A stretch of 64,000 nucleotides of DNA, taken from positions 41,540,001 to 41,604,000 of the forward strand of contig CM060733.1 of NCBI GenBank assembly GCA_030704615.1. The letters run 5' to 3'. This DNA comes from Takakia lepidozioides. Its lineage: Eukaryota; Plantae; Bryophyta. A model generated the notes under the pieces. The model saw nothing but the letters and a program-made list of their open reading frames with translations. It searched no databases and was not told the DNA's origin. Of this stretch, positions 39,514-50,700 are shown piece after piece. Position 1 is the first letter of the stretch. Each line of letters opens with the position of its first letter. The position numbers and the translations under genes are program-made.

Positions 39514-40460
39514 TGTTTGCTAGACCTGTTTGGAGGCATGAGCACTGGGCTTGCAGGAGTGTTGCAAGCTGGGATTAAAGTACGCAAGTACTTGTATGTG
39601 GAGAAGGATGAGATAGCTCGGCGTATTTCTATGCGCCACATCGCCTTGCTCACACACCGGTACCCTGAGTTGTTGCCTCTCTCAGCAATTCAAGTGTATC
39701 AAAAGGCCTTGCCAGCAGACATTACCTTGCTGGGGGCGGATGATTTGGACCGGCATGGTGCCATTGACTTGGTGATAGCTGGATGGCCTTGCCAAGGACA
39801 CTCTCCCGCAGGTCATGGGAACGGCTTGCATGATGCACGATCGCATTTGTTTTGGGAGATGTTGAGAGTGTTGCGTGACTTGCAGACGAGGCAAGTGCAA
39901 CCTCTAGCCTATATCTTGGAGAATGTTCCTCTTATGGGGGACTCTCGGGCCAGGGTTATGGCCAGTGTGCATCAGGTGCAGTCTTGGATTGGATCGGCGG
40001 TGCTATTGGATGCAGCAGCGGTGGGATCACGAGCGCATCGACCTCGATTGTGGTGGACCAATCTTGCACCACCAGAGCTGCTAAAGAGAGCATACGATTC
40101 CATTCAACGGCCACCCAATCTCACAGTATATGGCATTTTGGACCAAGGGAGGCAACCACAGAGGGTGCGACATGATGACCGTCCACCTCTAGCAGTGGTA
40201 AATCGAGTGGGGCAGCCATGTGCGGCCTTGCCTACGCTCATGAGCTTTCCCTCGTCTCATGCTTTTCGAGACAATGGTCCTGGGTTGATTTGGGACAGTG
40301 TGCTACAACAATTGGTGGAGCCCAATGCAGATGAGCGAGAGCAGGCAATGGGATTTGCCACGGGCACTACAGCTGTGCTAGCTCTGTCAGAGGCATCACG
40401 TCGGCATGTGTTGGGTCAAGCAATGGATCTAAATTGCTTGACATGGGTCATTGGCTTGTG
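39514..40460 (+). CDS. DNMT3-like C5 cytosine DNA methyltransferase domain embedded in pol; frame uninterrupted
   Basis: Motif I LLDLFGGMSTG; II YLYVEKD; III ADIT; IV DLVIAGWPCQGHS; V SHLFWEMLR; VI YILENV; VIII SRAHRPRLWWTN; IX EREQAMGFATGTT; X SRRHVLGQAMD. Confidence 0.95.
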
Positions 40461-40959
40461 CATGGCTGAGCAACGGAGGTTGCAGACAGTGGTGGCTACT
40501 TCTGCACTCCCATTTGGTATTGTATCCCCTCTGCCAACCGGGACGGTTGAGGCAGTGGCGAGCACAGGATCATGGGGTGCAAACACCCATGGCAGATGTG
40601 GGATGAGATGCGGAAAGAGAGAGTCCTTGGATCTCTCAAGCAGCAGTATGAGGAGTGGGGAGAGCCATACACTGAGGATCAGTTGGAGGCCAAGGTGGCC
40701 AATGTTTTTAAGAGGTTGAGAATGCTTTTTCCCCAGAGGATGTTCTCAAGGTGGTTATGGCAGAGCAAGTGGAGGCTACGCCACAGTCAGATTGGGCGGA
40801 CAAGGCCCAAGAGGTTGCTATCTAGCAACCAAAGGATTCGTCTCCTACCTCCAAGCCTGATGTACCCAAGGTTGCAGTCACTGAGGACAATTGGGAACCA
40901 GATGTTGGACCTACAGTCACCGGAGGAGAGAGACGGAGGATCCAGCGATTTCTAAGGGC

Positions 40960-42310
40960 TTATAGAAATTGCTTTGCCTTCGGTTTGAAGGATTTGGGGA
41001 GTTTGAAGGGTCAGGAGATTCGTATTGATTTGGCAAGTGACACGCCAATCTTTCGAAGGCCCTACCGGTATAGTGACATGGAGAGGTCATTGATCCAGTC
41101 ACGGACTATGGAGTTGTTCGAAGCTGGATTGGTGGAGTTGTCAGGCGGGGAGTATGCCTCGGCAACGGTGATGCCAGCTAAGAAAGATATCTATGGCAAT
41201 TGGACAGAAAGAAGATGTGTGGGGACTATCGTCCTGTGAACCGTCAGACTAAGTCCGATAGATATGCCATGCCAACTCCAGAGGAAATCTTTGATGCCAT
41301 TGGGCATGAAGGTGTTTAGCACATTGGACTTGCGATCCGGTTACCACCAGTTGCCAATCAAAGAGGCTGACAAGCAAAAGACGGCATTCTGGGGGATTGA
41401 CCAACATGGGAAGGATTGCTTGTACCAATGGCGCTTCCTACCGTTTGGGTTGAAGAATGCTCCTGCAGAGTTTCAGAGGGTTATGGATAGGATTCTCGCG
41501 GGGCTAGACTTTGCCCGGTGTTACATTGATGACATCATCGTCTTAGTGCTACGGTTGAGGAGCATGAGAGACACCTTCAGGTGGTGTTTGAGCGCTTGAG
41601 AGCGCATGGGTTGAAATTGCACCCTGGGAAGTGCAAGTTCTTCCACAACCAGATTGAGTATCTGGGCCACATGATATACCCTGGAGGATTGGGTGTTCAA
41701 AAGACGAAGGTGGAGGCCATTGCACGCATTCCACGCCCCATAGATGTTAGCAGAGTTCGTGCTTTCATGGGGTTGGCAAACTACTATCGACGGTTTGTCA
41801 AGGGATTTAGCAGCATTGCAAAGGCTCTTACTAAGTTGACCAAGGTGGGTCAGGAGTGGCAGTGGGAGGAGGAGCAGGAGGAAGCCTTTGAGGAACTCAA
41901 GGCTTGATTGACTTCTGCACCTATTTTGAGGCGGCCTTTCCAGCTACATACGGATTGGAGTATGCTGGGGATTGGAGCAGTGCTTACACACATGGATGAT
42001 GAGGGAAGAGAGTTCGTAGTGGCATATGCTAGCCGCTCAAACAATGATGCCGAGGCGAAGTATAGTTCCTATGAAGGGGAGTGTCTAGCTGCGGTATGGG
42101 CAGTGGCACATTTCAGATGCTACCTCTATGGCAATCTCTTCACCCTTGTCACGGATCACCAACCATTGAAGTGGTTGATGGAGTCAGACAAGCTTACAGG
42201 GAAGCTTGCACGGTGGGCACTTATGCTTCAAGAGTACGACTTCCAGGTGGTGCATCGAGCCGGTATAGTCAATCGGGATGCAGATGGATTGAGTCGTAAT
42301 CCATGCACGA
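40960..42310 (+). pseudogene. Gypsy reverse transcriptase and RNase H (frameshifted)
   Basis: LDLRSGYHQ, PFGLKNAPAEFQR, YIDD, LHTDWS, YEGECLA, VTDH, DADGLSR. The RNase H catalytic residues are retained. Confidence 0.95.
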
Positions 42311-42639
42311 GCGAGCATGATGATACTGGAGCTCGGTGGCATGGTGAGACGGATGAGGAGATGGTGCCAGGATGGCACGCATCTGCCTTTTTATGCATTC
42401 TAGCAATGGGAGCTCAAGCTGGTCCATCCCATGTGATTGGTCATAGAGATAGTGTGCATGACGATCCAGAGATCAGTGAGGAGCTTGGTGGTGCTAAGGA
42501 TGTGCATGAAGATGCAGCAGTGTTGGCCTACTTTCGTATTGGAGAGACAACAGCCAGTGTGACTGCTAAGGAGAGAGATCGGATCCTACAACGAGCCAAA
42601 AGGTTCAAGTGGGAGGGGACTCACCTACTCCGAGTATGG

Positions 42640-43946
42640 GAGGATGGACGAGTGAGGATTGTGCCTCATCCAACACAACGAGCGCGATTGGTACGCCATG
42701 CCCATGAGGAGTTGGGACATTTTGGGTGCGGCGCACTCATAGTTTGCTGCAAGGACAGTATTGGTGGCGGGGCATGCACACGGATGTGCAACAGTTAGTG
42801 GCAAGGTGCATGGTGTGTGATAGAGTGCGGGCTTCTTTCAATGCACCTACTCCACAATTGCATCCTTTACCCATTATGGGTTTGGGCTATCGTTGGAGTC
42901 TTGACTTCGCAGGCCCATTGCCACTGACGATTCGCCATAACAAGTATGTGCTGGTGATGGTGGAACATTTCTCCAAATGGATTGAACTGGTGGCATTGCC
43001 TGACAAGGCAAGTGAGGGGGCTGCGTATGCATTCTTAGATCGAGTGCTTAGCCAATTTGGTGCTCCAGCCGAGGTACTCACGGACCAGGGGAGAGAGTTC
43101 TTGGGGGAGTTTCAGGCTTTGTGTGAGCAAGCCTTGATAGATCACCGCACTACTTCTCGGGATCATCCCGAGGCTGATGGCTTGGCGGAGAGAGTTGTTC
43201 AGACAGTCAAGAGAGGTTTGCGCAAGTACGGTTTGCAGAAGGGACACCTAGGAGATTGGGACCTTCAGCTGCCTTGGCTAGCTATGGGCTATAGGTTCAG
43301 CAAACAAGCTTCACTTGCCTCCTTCTCACCTTACTTTCTTCTCTTCGGCCGAGAGCCAGATTTGCCTGCATCTATTCGCAGGGAGACTGCAGTCCTCAAC
43401 CTTGATGATCCGGATGTGTGGACACAAGCATGTGCCCAACGGGCAGAGTTGTTCAAGAGAGTCATGCCTATGGCTTTTGAGAACCTTGCTATTGCCCAAC
43501 ACCGAGACACATTGAGGTACGCCACTATACGTGGAGGGGGATATCGGCCAAGTGTTCGGCGTTTCCATCCTGGGGACTATGTGTATCTGCAGCAGACAGC
43601 GCCTACGACTTTGGATGTCACAGCAGGTCGTGTGATTCTAAGGGTCCGGGAGGTGTTGCCTTCAGGAGTGTTGATTCTGGAGGGTCGAGATGGCATGGTA
43701 TGGAAGGACCATGTGCGCAATTGTGCGCCATGTCACCTTCCACATGTGGATGGGAGGATAGATCCCAACCTTGCAGTGGTACCTGCAGGGTTGCGTTGCA
43801 TGCTATGTGGGCATGCTGGTGGTGCCGCGACCATGTTGGTGTGTGACAAATGCTCAAGGGGGTGGCACATGGGATGCTTGACACCGCCACTTGAGGAGGT
43901 TCCTAGTGGAGAATGGTTGTGTCCACGATGCCTTGGACAGAGGTAG
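42640..43946 (+). CDS. DDE integrase with a C-terminal PHD finger (~43796-43933)
   Basis: HHCC (HEELGH...CMVC), WSLDFAGP, LTDQG, DGLAER, followed by CMLC...CDKC...WHMGC...WLCPRC (C4HC3). Confidence 0.93.
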
Positions 43947-44191
43947 TGGGGGCATGACAGTGGTGAGGTTGACAAGTGATCCAAGGTCTAGCTAATGGGA
44001 GTTCAATGCCATGACACCCAATTGAAGCCATGGATTGCAGGAAGGCGAGTAACGATGGGGCTACTTTTGCACCCGGCCTCTTGATCTATTGCCTTCAGAT
44101 ACTGGGACTTGGGCGATTGATGACCAAGCGATGATCTTATTGGGATGGATACTTGTCAGCTATCCGGTGTTAGAGGGACCTAATCACCAGC

Positions 44192-44203
44192 TAGGGGGGC
44201 GAT
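44192..44203 (+). promoter_or_regulatory. Polypurine-tract-like plus-strand primer site directly before repeat B1
   Basis: taggggggcgat immediately precedes TGTGGTATAGC at 44204. Confidence 0.6.
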
Positions 44204-44743
44204 TGTGGTATAGCTTTCTAGGATTGTGTGCTTAGATTGTGTGGTGGACATCGATGTATGTTGTGGCACGATGCTTAGGTGCACGACAGCTGTCATGGTT
44301 TTAGTCATGGTTATCTAGAATTACCTACTTCTAGTTAACTAGAACATTTTAGATATTTATATTTATATTTTGTGTGTTGGGACTTCATTTGGTCTCACAT
44401 GCCAAGTGAGGTGTCGAGCCTCACTTGGGACATGGGGATAGGTTTTCCCCTTGTGAGGATGGAGGAGGCTCATCTTCTTGTAGTTGAGCCTCCATGAGCC
44501 TCTCCCACCTCCATAGCTCTAGGTATTGAGAGGGAGTGTGGTGAGGGCTTTGTAGGGTGGATTCCTTTAGCAAAGGTGCCCTTGGCTTGACTTAGTTTAT
44601 GTGATTGAGTGGATTTATGAGTGGAGTGTTTCCATTGTGTGTTCATTTCCATTATCATTGTGGTATAGCTTTCTAGGATTGTGTGCTTAGATTGTGTGGT
44701 GGACAACGATATATGTTGTGGCACGATGCTTAGGTGCACGACA
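44204..44743 (+). repeat. 3' repeat block B1 (44204-44288) - gc - A2 (44291-44657) - t - B2 (44659-44743)
   Basis: The B copies are 85 bp with 2 substitutions. A2 matches A1. Confidence 0.95.
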
Positions 44744-47700
44744 GCTCTGTCAGTGACAATGCCTCATCCAGCCCTATCATCTCACCCTTGCGGACCTCCT
44801 TAACCCGAGAAAAATCCCCAACCTCATCCATCATTGCTGCCTTGGCTGCCAACTCCCTCTGAATCTCAAGCACTTCCCACGTATGTCATGGATGTCTGCA
44901 CCCTGTGGTCCTCACCTGCTCGCCCCCACTCACTGCCTATACATTCTCGGTAGGCAATGAGATTGTCAAATAAAGGGTAGTGACGAAAGTTATCCGCATT
45001 CTACGCTGCTCAGCCATACCTAGGTTGACAATCCAGGTCAAGCAATTGAGATCCATTGCTTGCCCTAGCACCTGACGACGTGATGCCTCAGAAATAGATG
45101 GCACCGCTGTGGTACCAGTGGAAAAACCCATCGCCCGCTCGCGCTCGTCAACATTGGGCTCTAACTGCTGCAACTGGACATCCCACAAGAGACCAGGTCC
45201 ACCATTCCGGAAAGCATGATATCCTAGAAAGCTGAGCAGTGTAGGCAATGCTGCTCGTGGGTGACCCACTTTATTAACCACTGCCAAAGGTGACCGGTCA
45301 TCGTGTCTTACACTCTGAGACTGCCTCCCTAAGTCCAAAATGTTATCCACCGTGAGGTGCTGGCCGTTGCATCCCATCAAATGCACGCTTGAGTAGTGAA
45401 TGTGGCATCAAATTGGTCCATCACAGCAGTGGACGATGAGCCCGTCACCCCACTGCAGCTGCATCCAGCAACACTGCTGACCCAAGCCAAGACCGCACTT
45501 GATGCACACTGGCCATTACCTTGGCCCAAGAATCACCCATCAATGCCACATTATCTAAGATGTATGCTGGAGAGTCCATCTACTGAAGCTGTAAGTAGTG
45601 CAAGATCCTCAACATCTCCCAAAACAAGCGCGACCGTGAGTCTTGCAATCCATTGCCATGCCCGGCCGATGAATGTAATTGGTAGGGCCAACCTGCCACT
45701 ACTGAATGAATGGAGCCAACCCGCTTCAAATCCTACGCCCCTAGCAAAGAGATGTCTGCTGGTATCCACAAACTGCAGACACCGGCAACAACTCAAGGTA
45801 CTGCTGCACCAGTTGAGTAACATGGCGCAGTGAGACGCATCATGCAGTCTCATCCCTCTCCACATACAAGTAACGTTGTATTCGTACACCTGCTTGTAGC
45901 ACAACAGCCAAACCAGTGCTAATCCTGCCAAACAAGTCCATAAGGCAGATGCATTTTTTCGGGTACTGCCACACAATAGGTGTGGTGTCCAATGGTGACA
46001 ACTGAGGTGGTCCTAGTGCAATCACCGCACTCTCCTCCTCTTTTGACGGTACAAAGGCCTCTACCCAGGCTTGTTGCACCCGTCTATCAACAACATGCTG
46101 CAAATCTTTGCTTGTGCCATACAATGGAGTGTGAGCAACCATGGCAGACAACTCCGCCGTACTATGCATATCATCCTGTTCTGCTGAAGGTGGCACATCC
46201 TCTGTATGAGCATTTCCTTCTAGCAACTCTCCAGGCCATCACATAAAGTTGCATACGCCGACCATCCCTTGACTGCCATCCAGGCCTGTAAGATGCTGAC
46301 TCCCCCAAAAAATCCAGGGTGAAGCCCATGGGGTACAACACTTCCCCACCAACAAGGACATCGGAAGTGACCGCGTCTATCACAATGGCCTTGGCTCGCA
46401 TCACTGAGCCATCTGTAGGGTGATCCGATTGTAGTCTAATGGCCAACTCACGTCATGTTATGCCCCGAGCCTACTCTGATCATCCCAGAGATGTCTGTAT
46501 CTGAAAAGGACATAGCTCCATATCCGCCTCTATGAGCCCTAAACCTGCGATAGCTACTCTGCCTAGCATAAGTGGCTGAGCACCCGAGTCCAATAATACT
46601 CGTACTGGCCGACACCTCCTGTCCGTCGACCTACTCAAACAGAAAAAACCATCCTGGTTGTCAAACAAAACAACTCCAAGTGTCACCATGGTGTGTTTAA
46701 TGGCTGGCCTAGCTGGCAGCTCTGTCAACCTGGCAGCTGCAACTTGCTAAGGCGCAGCCATGGCAGTCTTGACCCTCAAATCCAATGATCTCTCCAATAC
46801 AACACCTTCCACTAACTCCGCAGAAGAAGATCTTCCCACTCTCACAGAGTGTCACCGCCAGTCTGAACACTGCAGTTGGTCGTACCCCCGGCGTTGCAAT
46901 CATAGTGGCCAAGAACAATGGGGCCTGACATACAGATGTGGCCGCCCCCAGCAGCACACTGGCTGCACTAGCCTTGGCAGCAGGTATTGGTGCTACCCCG
47001 TGTGGCTCTCCCCAAGGGCACAATAACCTCTGCCTCGATATCCGTCGGGCGAGAACTAGGTGCCATGGATGGCGTCGATGTTGTCTCCGTCAATGTGAAT
47101 GATTGAGGCAGTCTGGCCTGACAGCTTGCCTCCCCACGCTGTGGATCTAACTCCACCTGATCTGCACCTCGTGGCTCATGAACTCGTGCTGCTCCTCGAG
47201 TCACAGCTGCAGCAGAATCCACCTATACAAGTGGTCCTCCGAGTACTGCCCTGCATATAAATCCCATGCCTCCCATGCCTGCCATGTCTTCTCCGTCAGG
47301 ATAACACTGCTGAGGAGGAATAGGAGGTGGACCCTCAGAAAGTCATAACACTGTGCCTCTCCATGTCCATACTTGCCACAATAGCCACATGTCAACTGTG
47401 CAGGTTGTGCTTGTACCGGCCTTTTGCCGCTCTTTAGGCAATCCTTCTTGACATAGGATCCTCCACATGTCCAATACACCACCAGGCTGGTTGCTGTTGG
47501 CCTACAAAAGAAGCTACTGGCCTCTGCACCTGAGGTCCCCTGTAAGCTCTATGGAGTTTGGGTTGGGCAACCTTGCCCCTCTGACCACGCTGTGGTATGG
47601 TATGTTGCGCTTATTGGTTGGTAGACACACCCCATGGCATGTCCTTGCCAAACCCAATGGTCACTACACGCTCCTCCACCATGTTAAGCTCAATCCGCTA

Positions 47701-50700
47701 GCCAGCAGAAACACATCTGCTAAGGTTGGTCGGGCCGCTTGTAACAGGGTTGCATCCCGCACCCTTGTTCTGAGCTCTTTGTCCAATATTCCATACCAGA
47801 ATTGGACTACCTAAGCTTCAGTGACCCCTTGGGTCACACTTATCAAGCACCTCATACGAGTGTAGGCCTCTCGTAAGCTATCACTGAACTTGTGCTGGAA
47901 GTCTTGAAAACTTCGCAGCTTCTCTGTCCGTACTTCTTGGTAGTTCCTCCGCAACTCTTGGAAGAACTCCACCATCGGGTTGAATCTAGGCACATGTGTT
48001 GTAGTCGTGGCAACAGGAGTGGTAGCACCTTTAGAACTAGTTCAACCTGCAAAAGTACCGACAACACTTGTTCCACTACTAGTGCTTGCCGTTGGAGTTG
48101 TTGGTGCTGATGCAGCTACTGGTCGCGTTGTGCCTTGAGTAATGGAGACGTAGTCAGGTGACCAATACATCCTCCACTCCTCAATCTCTGCTTCATGTCC
48201 TCGCCCGAACTCATGATAATTATCGTCCATAGGCGGGCCTTCCAAATGTTGGAATAGTCTCTTTCACGCCCTGAATGGGGTTGAACAGCTGTGGATTGCG
48301 CATCTACTGCAAATCACACTAGCTATCGAACTCCTGGATAAAGTCATCCAGCTCGATTGTGCCCATAGCTCTAGAGTACCTACGAGGCCCCTTGGTAGCT
48401 CCATACATCTCCTCCATGTCATCCCACAACAATGGCAAAGGAAACTGCACACCTATTGATGAAGCCTCCGAGTCTGTGTCAGACTTTACACTAGATGAAG
48501 GTGGGGGTGAAGGTGGTCTGAACCGAACCCCTCGCCTCGTGAACCCACTGATAGTACTGGTGTTAGTGTTGGCATGTCCTTCTGAACCCTCTGGCAATTC
48601 CGTGATGCCCGTTGTTATCCAAACCTGTCCACGTGATACTATAAGGCTCTATAGCGAGCTCTAACAGTGACACGGGTGGGCACATGTTGTGCTTAAAAGG
48701 TCATGTCCCAATGGCTAAAGGCACCTGCACCTGCATCCACCGCAAGAACTCATATGGTTGGCTGATCATCAACCCAGCCTCACCATAGAAGAAACACTGG
48801 TGGTCTTGCTAGTCATCACTCCAGCCTCACCACCGACAACATACTCTAGGATTAACCAGTGATAAAATCCGACCTAATCCCTATGAAAGCAAGCGCCCAC
48901 ACAAAACCAACATGGCGCACAGTCCAGCATGTAGATTTAGGGGGGATCCAAACACAAGAAATCAAAACATCAACACCCCCACATCAAAATCCCTCTGCAG
49001 TGCTGCTCCTGTAGAACATCCCAGCCTAAAAACCCCGGACTGACTGGCCTCCACCAAGAGAGGCTTTGGCAATTACAACCACAAGTAATGAAAATAGTAA
49101 AGAAAGGGAGGGGAAAAATAGAGGCCCGACCAAGCAAGATCTAATCCTGATCTATGCTATCAACTGCCAGACTTCTCTCAAAATGCCTCGCTCTTCATGA
49201 TGGTAAGGTGTAGGAGGTATATCTATGACCCAAAAACCTGCCAGTAACCTTATTCCAAGCTACAGTAGCTCGCTCTAACCAGCCCTCCTCCTCTTTGCCA
49301 GGTAGAGACAAAACAATGCTCCCCTATCTCCTGCTTACTGAATACTAAAGAAAATAAAGGTAGGGTCTGACAGTCTCTCAACTCGAAAGCTTTGAGACGG
49401 TTGCGGGTGTCCTCATTGCGAATGACTGCATCTCCTTCAAGCAGAACAAACTGTTCATTGCTAATGAACCCCCGCTCGTGGTTGCCTCGTGAAGAGCGTG
49501 TCCGGCTGCAACTACGTCTGATTGCAAAAACTTGTGCAGCTCCTGCTCCAGTACAACACGGCCTTGAGGCTGAACATCTGGTCCCCGGGGCTGTTTTTGG
49601 CTGTGTTCTAAGCCTAGCTTCCACCCACTTTGATATTTCACCTACAGCTGCAAAATTGCTTTCTCCCACAGCACTCTGCCCGTTGCCTGACTCCCAGTAT
49701 GCCACAAGGTCATCCAATTGGCTTCCACTTAGCTCAGCACGTGTGCCTTGGGAAATAATTTTTTTTTCCCCAAGTGTTTGAAGACTCAACGAGGAGATGA
49801 GCCATTCAATGGCATCATCATCCCCTCCATCCATACACTAATCCAAAACAGCGTCAGGTGTGTTACCAACACAAAGCTCACTGATCATCCATTCAGTTGA
49901 AGCAGTTTATTCAATAGGCCTCAAATAGATATGGGGAGGGTCTAATTTACATTAGAAAAAATCTATAGATTTTTGGCCAGGTCCAAAAAACTAAAACCTA
50001 GGTAGGTAGATTAGATAAGTATTAGATTAGGTAGGTAGGTAGATTTTCCCTTTCTGCAGGTCCCTGCGCAAGTTTGAAGCCAAACAGGCTTTGTACGCCA
50101 AAGGTATGGCCAAACAGGCTCTGTAAACATAATATTTGACCTTAAATGGTAACAAATACAAGGAATTTTTTTTTTTGCTTTCCTTTGGTTCCCTCTTCCT
50201 ACGTTTTATGCGATGCCCTGCAGGTTCCACGTACAGTCACCGTTCCCAGGTGCCATCGATTAATGCACCAACCAAATTGAATTCACCAAGGCAATGGTCT
50301 CCGCTGATGCAATACATCTGATGTCAGCCGCCTCTGTGAATGGATTGAAAGAGCCAGACATATGATTATCAAGGTCAGACATGAACCTGAATTGAGACCA
50401 CACTGCTACCCGTAAGCACTTACACGGCCCCAACAGGTCACCTCGCGATGAAGTAACAACACACTAGCTGCAACACATCCAATATAGGTTCATCATGTAC
50501 ACCTTGTAAGAAAACCCTCTTGGAAATCTGAATCCGTGGACCTGGTGCGTGTAGCAACTTCCAAACAGCCAGTCTTATACCACAGTCTCAAGTGAGCTGG
50601 TCGCCTCAGACTGTCATGCGTTGAAGAACTTGCAAATTGTGTCTAGCAGATTCGGCCTCCCAGTGACATCTCAACTCACAGTGGGCTATGGGCTTACCAC

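Larger units (their letters stand above)
33671..44743 (+). mobile_element. Ty3/Gypsy retrotransposon encoding gag-PR-DNMT-RT-RH-INT-PHD, with split direct repeats
   Basis: Termini TGTCATG...CACGACA with TSD GCTC (33667-33670 and 44744-44747). Repeat A at 33671-34037 and 44291-44657; repeat B at 44204-44288 and 44659-44743. All domains are recognisable in order. Confidence 0.93.
31741..49200 (-). mobile_element. Older, degenerate copy of the DNMT-carrying Gypsy family, truncated within RNase H and split by two nested insertions (pieces ~49200-44744, 33670-33452, 32854-31741)
   Basis: Minus-strand leader, gag (48603-47000), PR (LLDSGAQPLML), DNMT (45960-44990), linker, RT (32854-32100) and RH (to ~31741) are colinear with the + copy once the insertions are removed at their TSDs. 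Confidence 0.9.

Noticed and set aside
39445-40719. Host DNMT3/DRM gene or bacterial restriction-modification methylase (contamination)
   Set aside because: It is intronless, has no PWWP, ADD or UBA domains and no partner nuclease, sits between PR and RT in two element copies, and is flanked by spliced plant genes.
33671-44743. DIRS/Ngaro/PAT tyrosine-recombinase element, suggested by the split repeats
   Set aside because: No YR motif is visible. The element has a protease, a DDE integrase, TG...CA ends and a TSD.
44204-44743. Assembly artefact producing the B-A-B block
   Set aside because: The repeat copies differ by ~2.4% rather than being identical, and the TSD and target continuity are clean. 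It is not fully excluded without reads.
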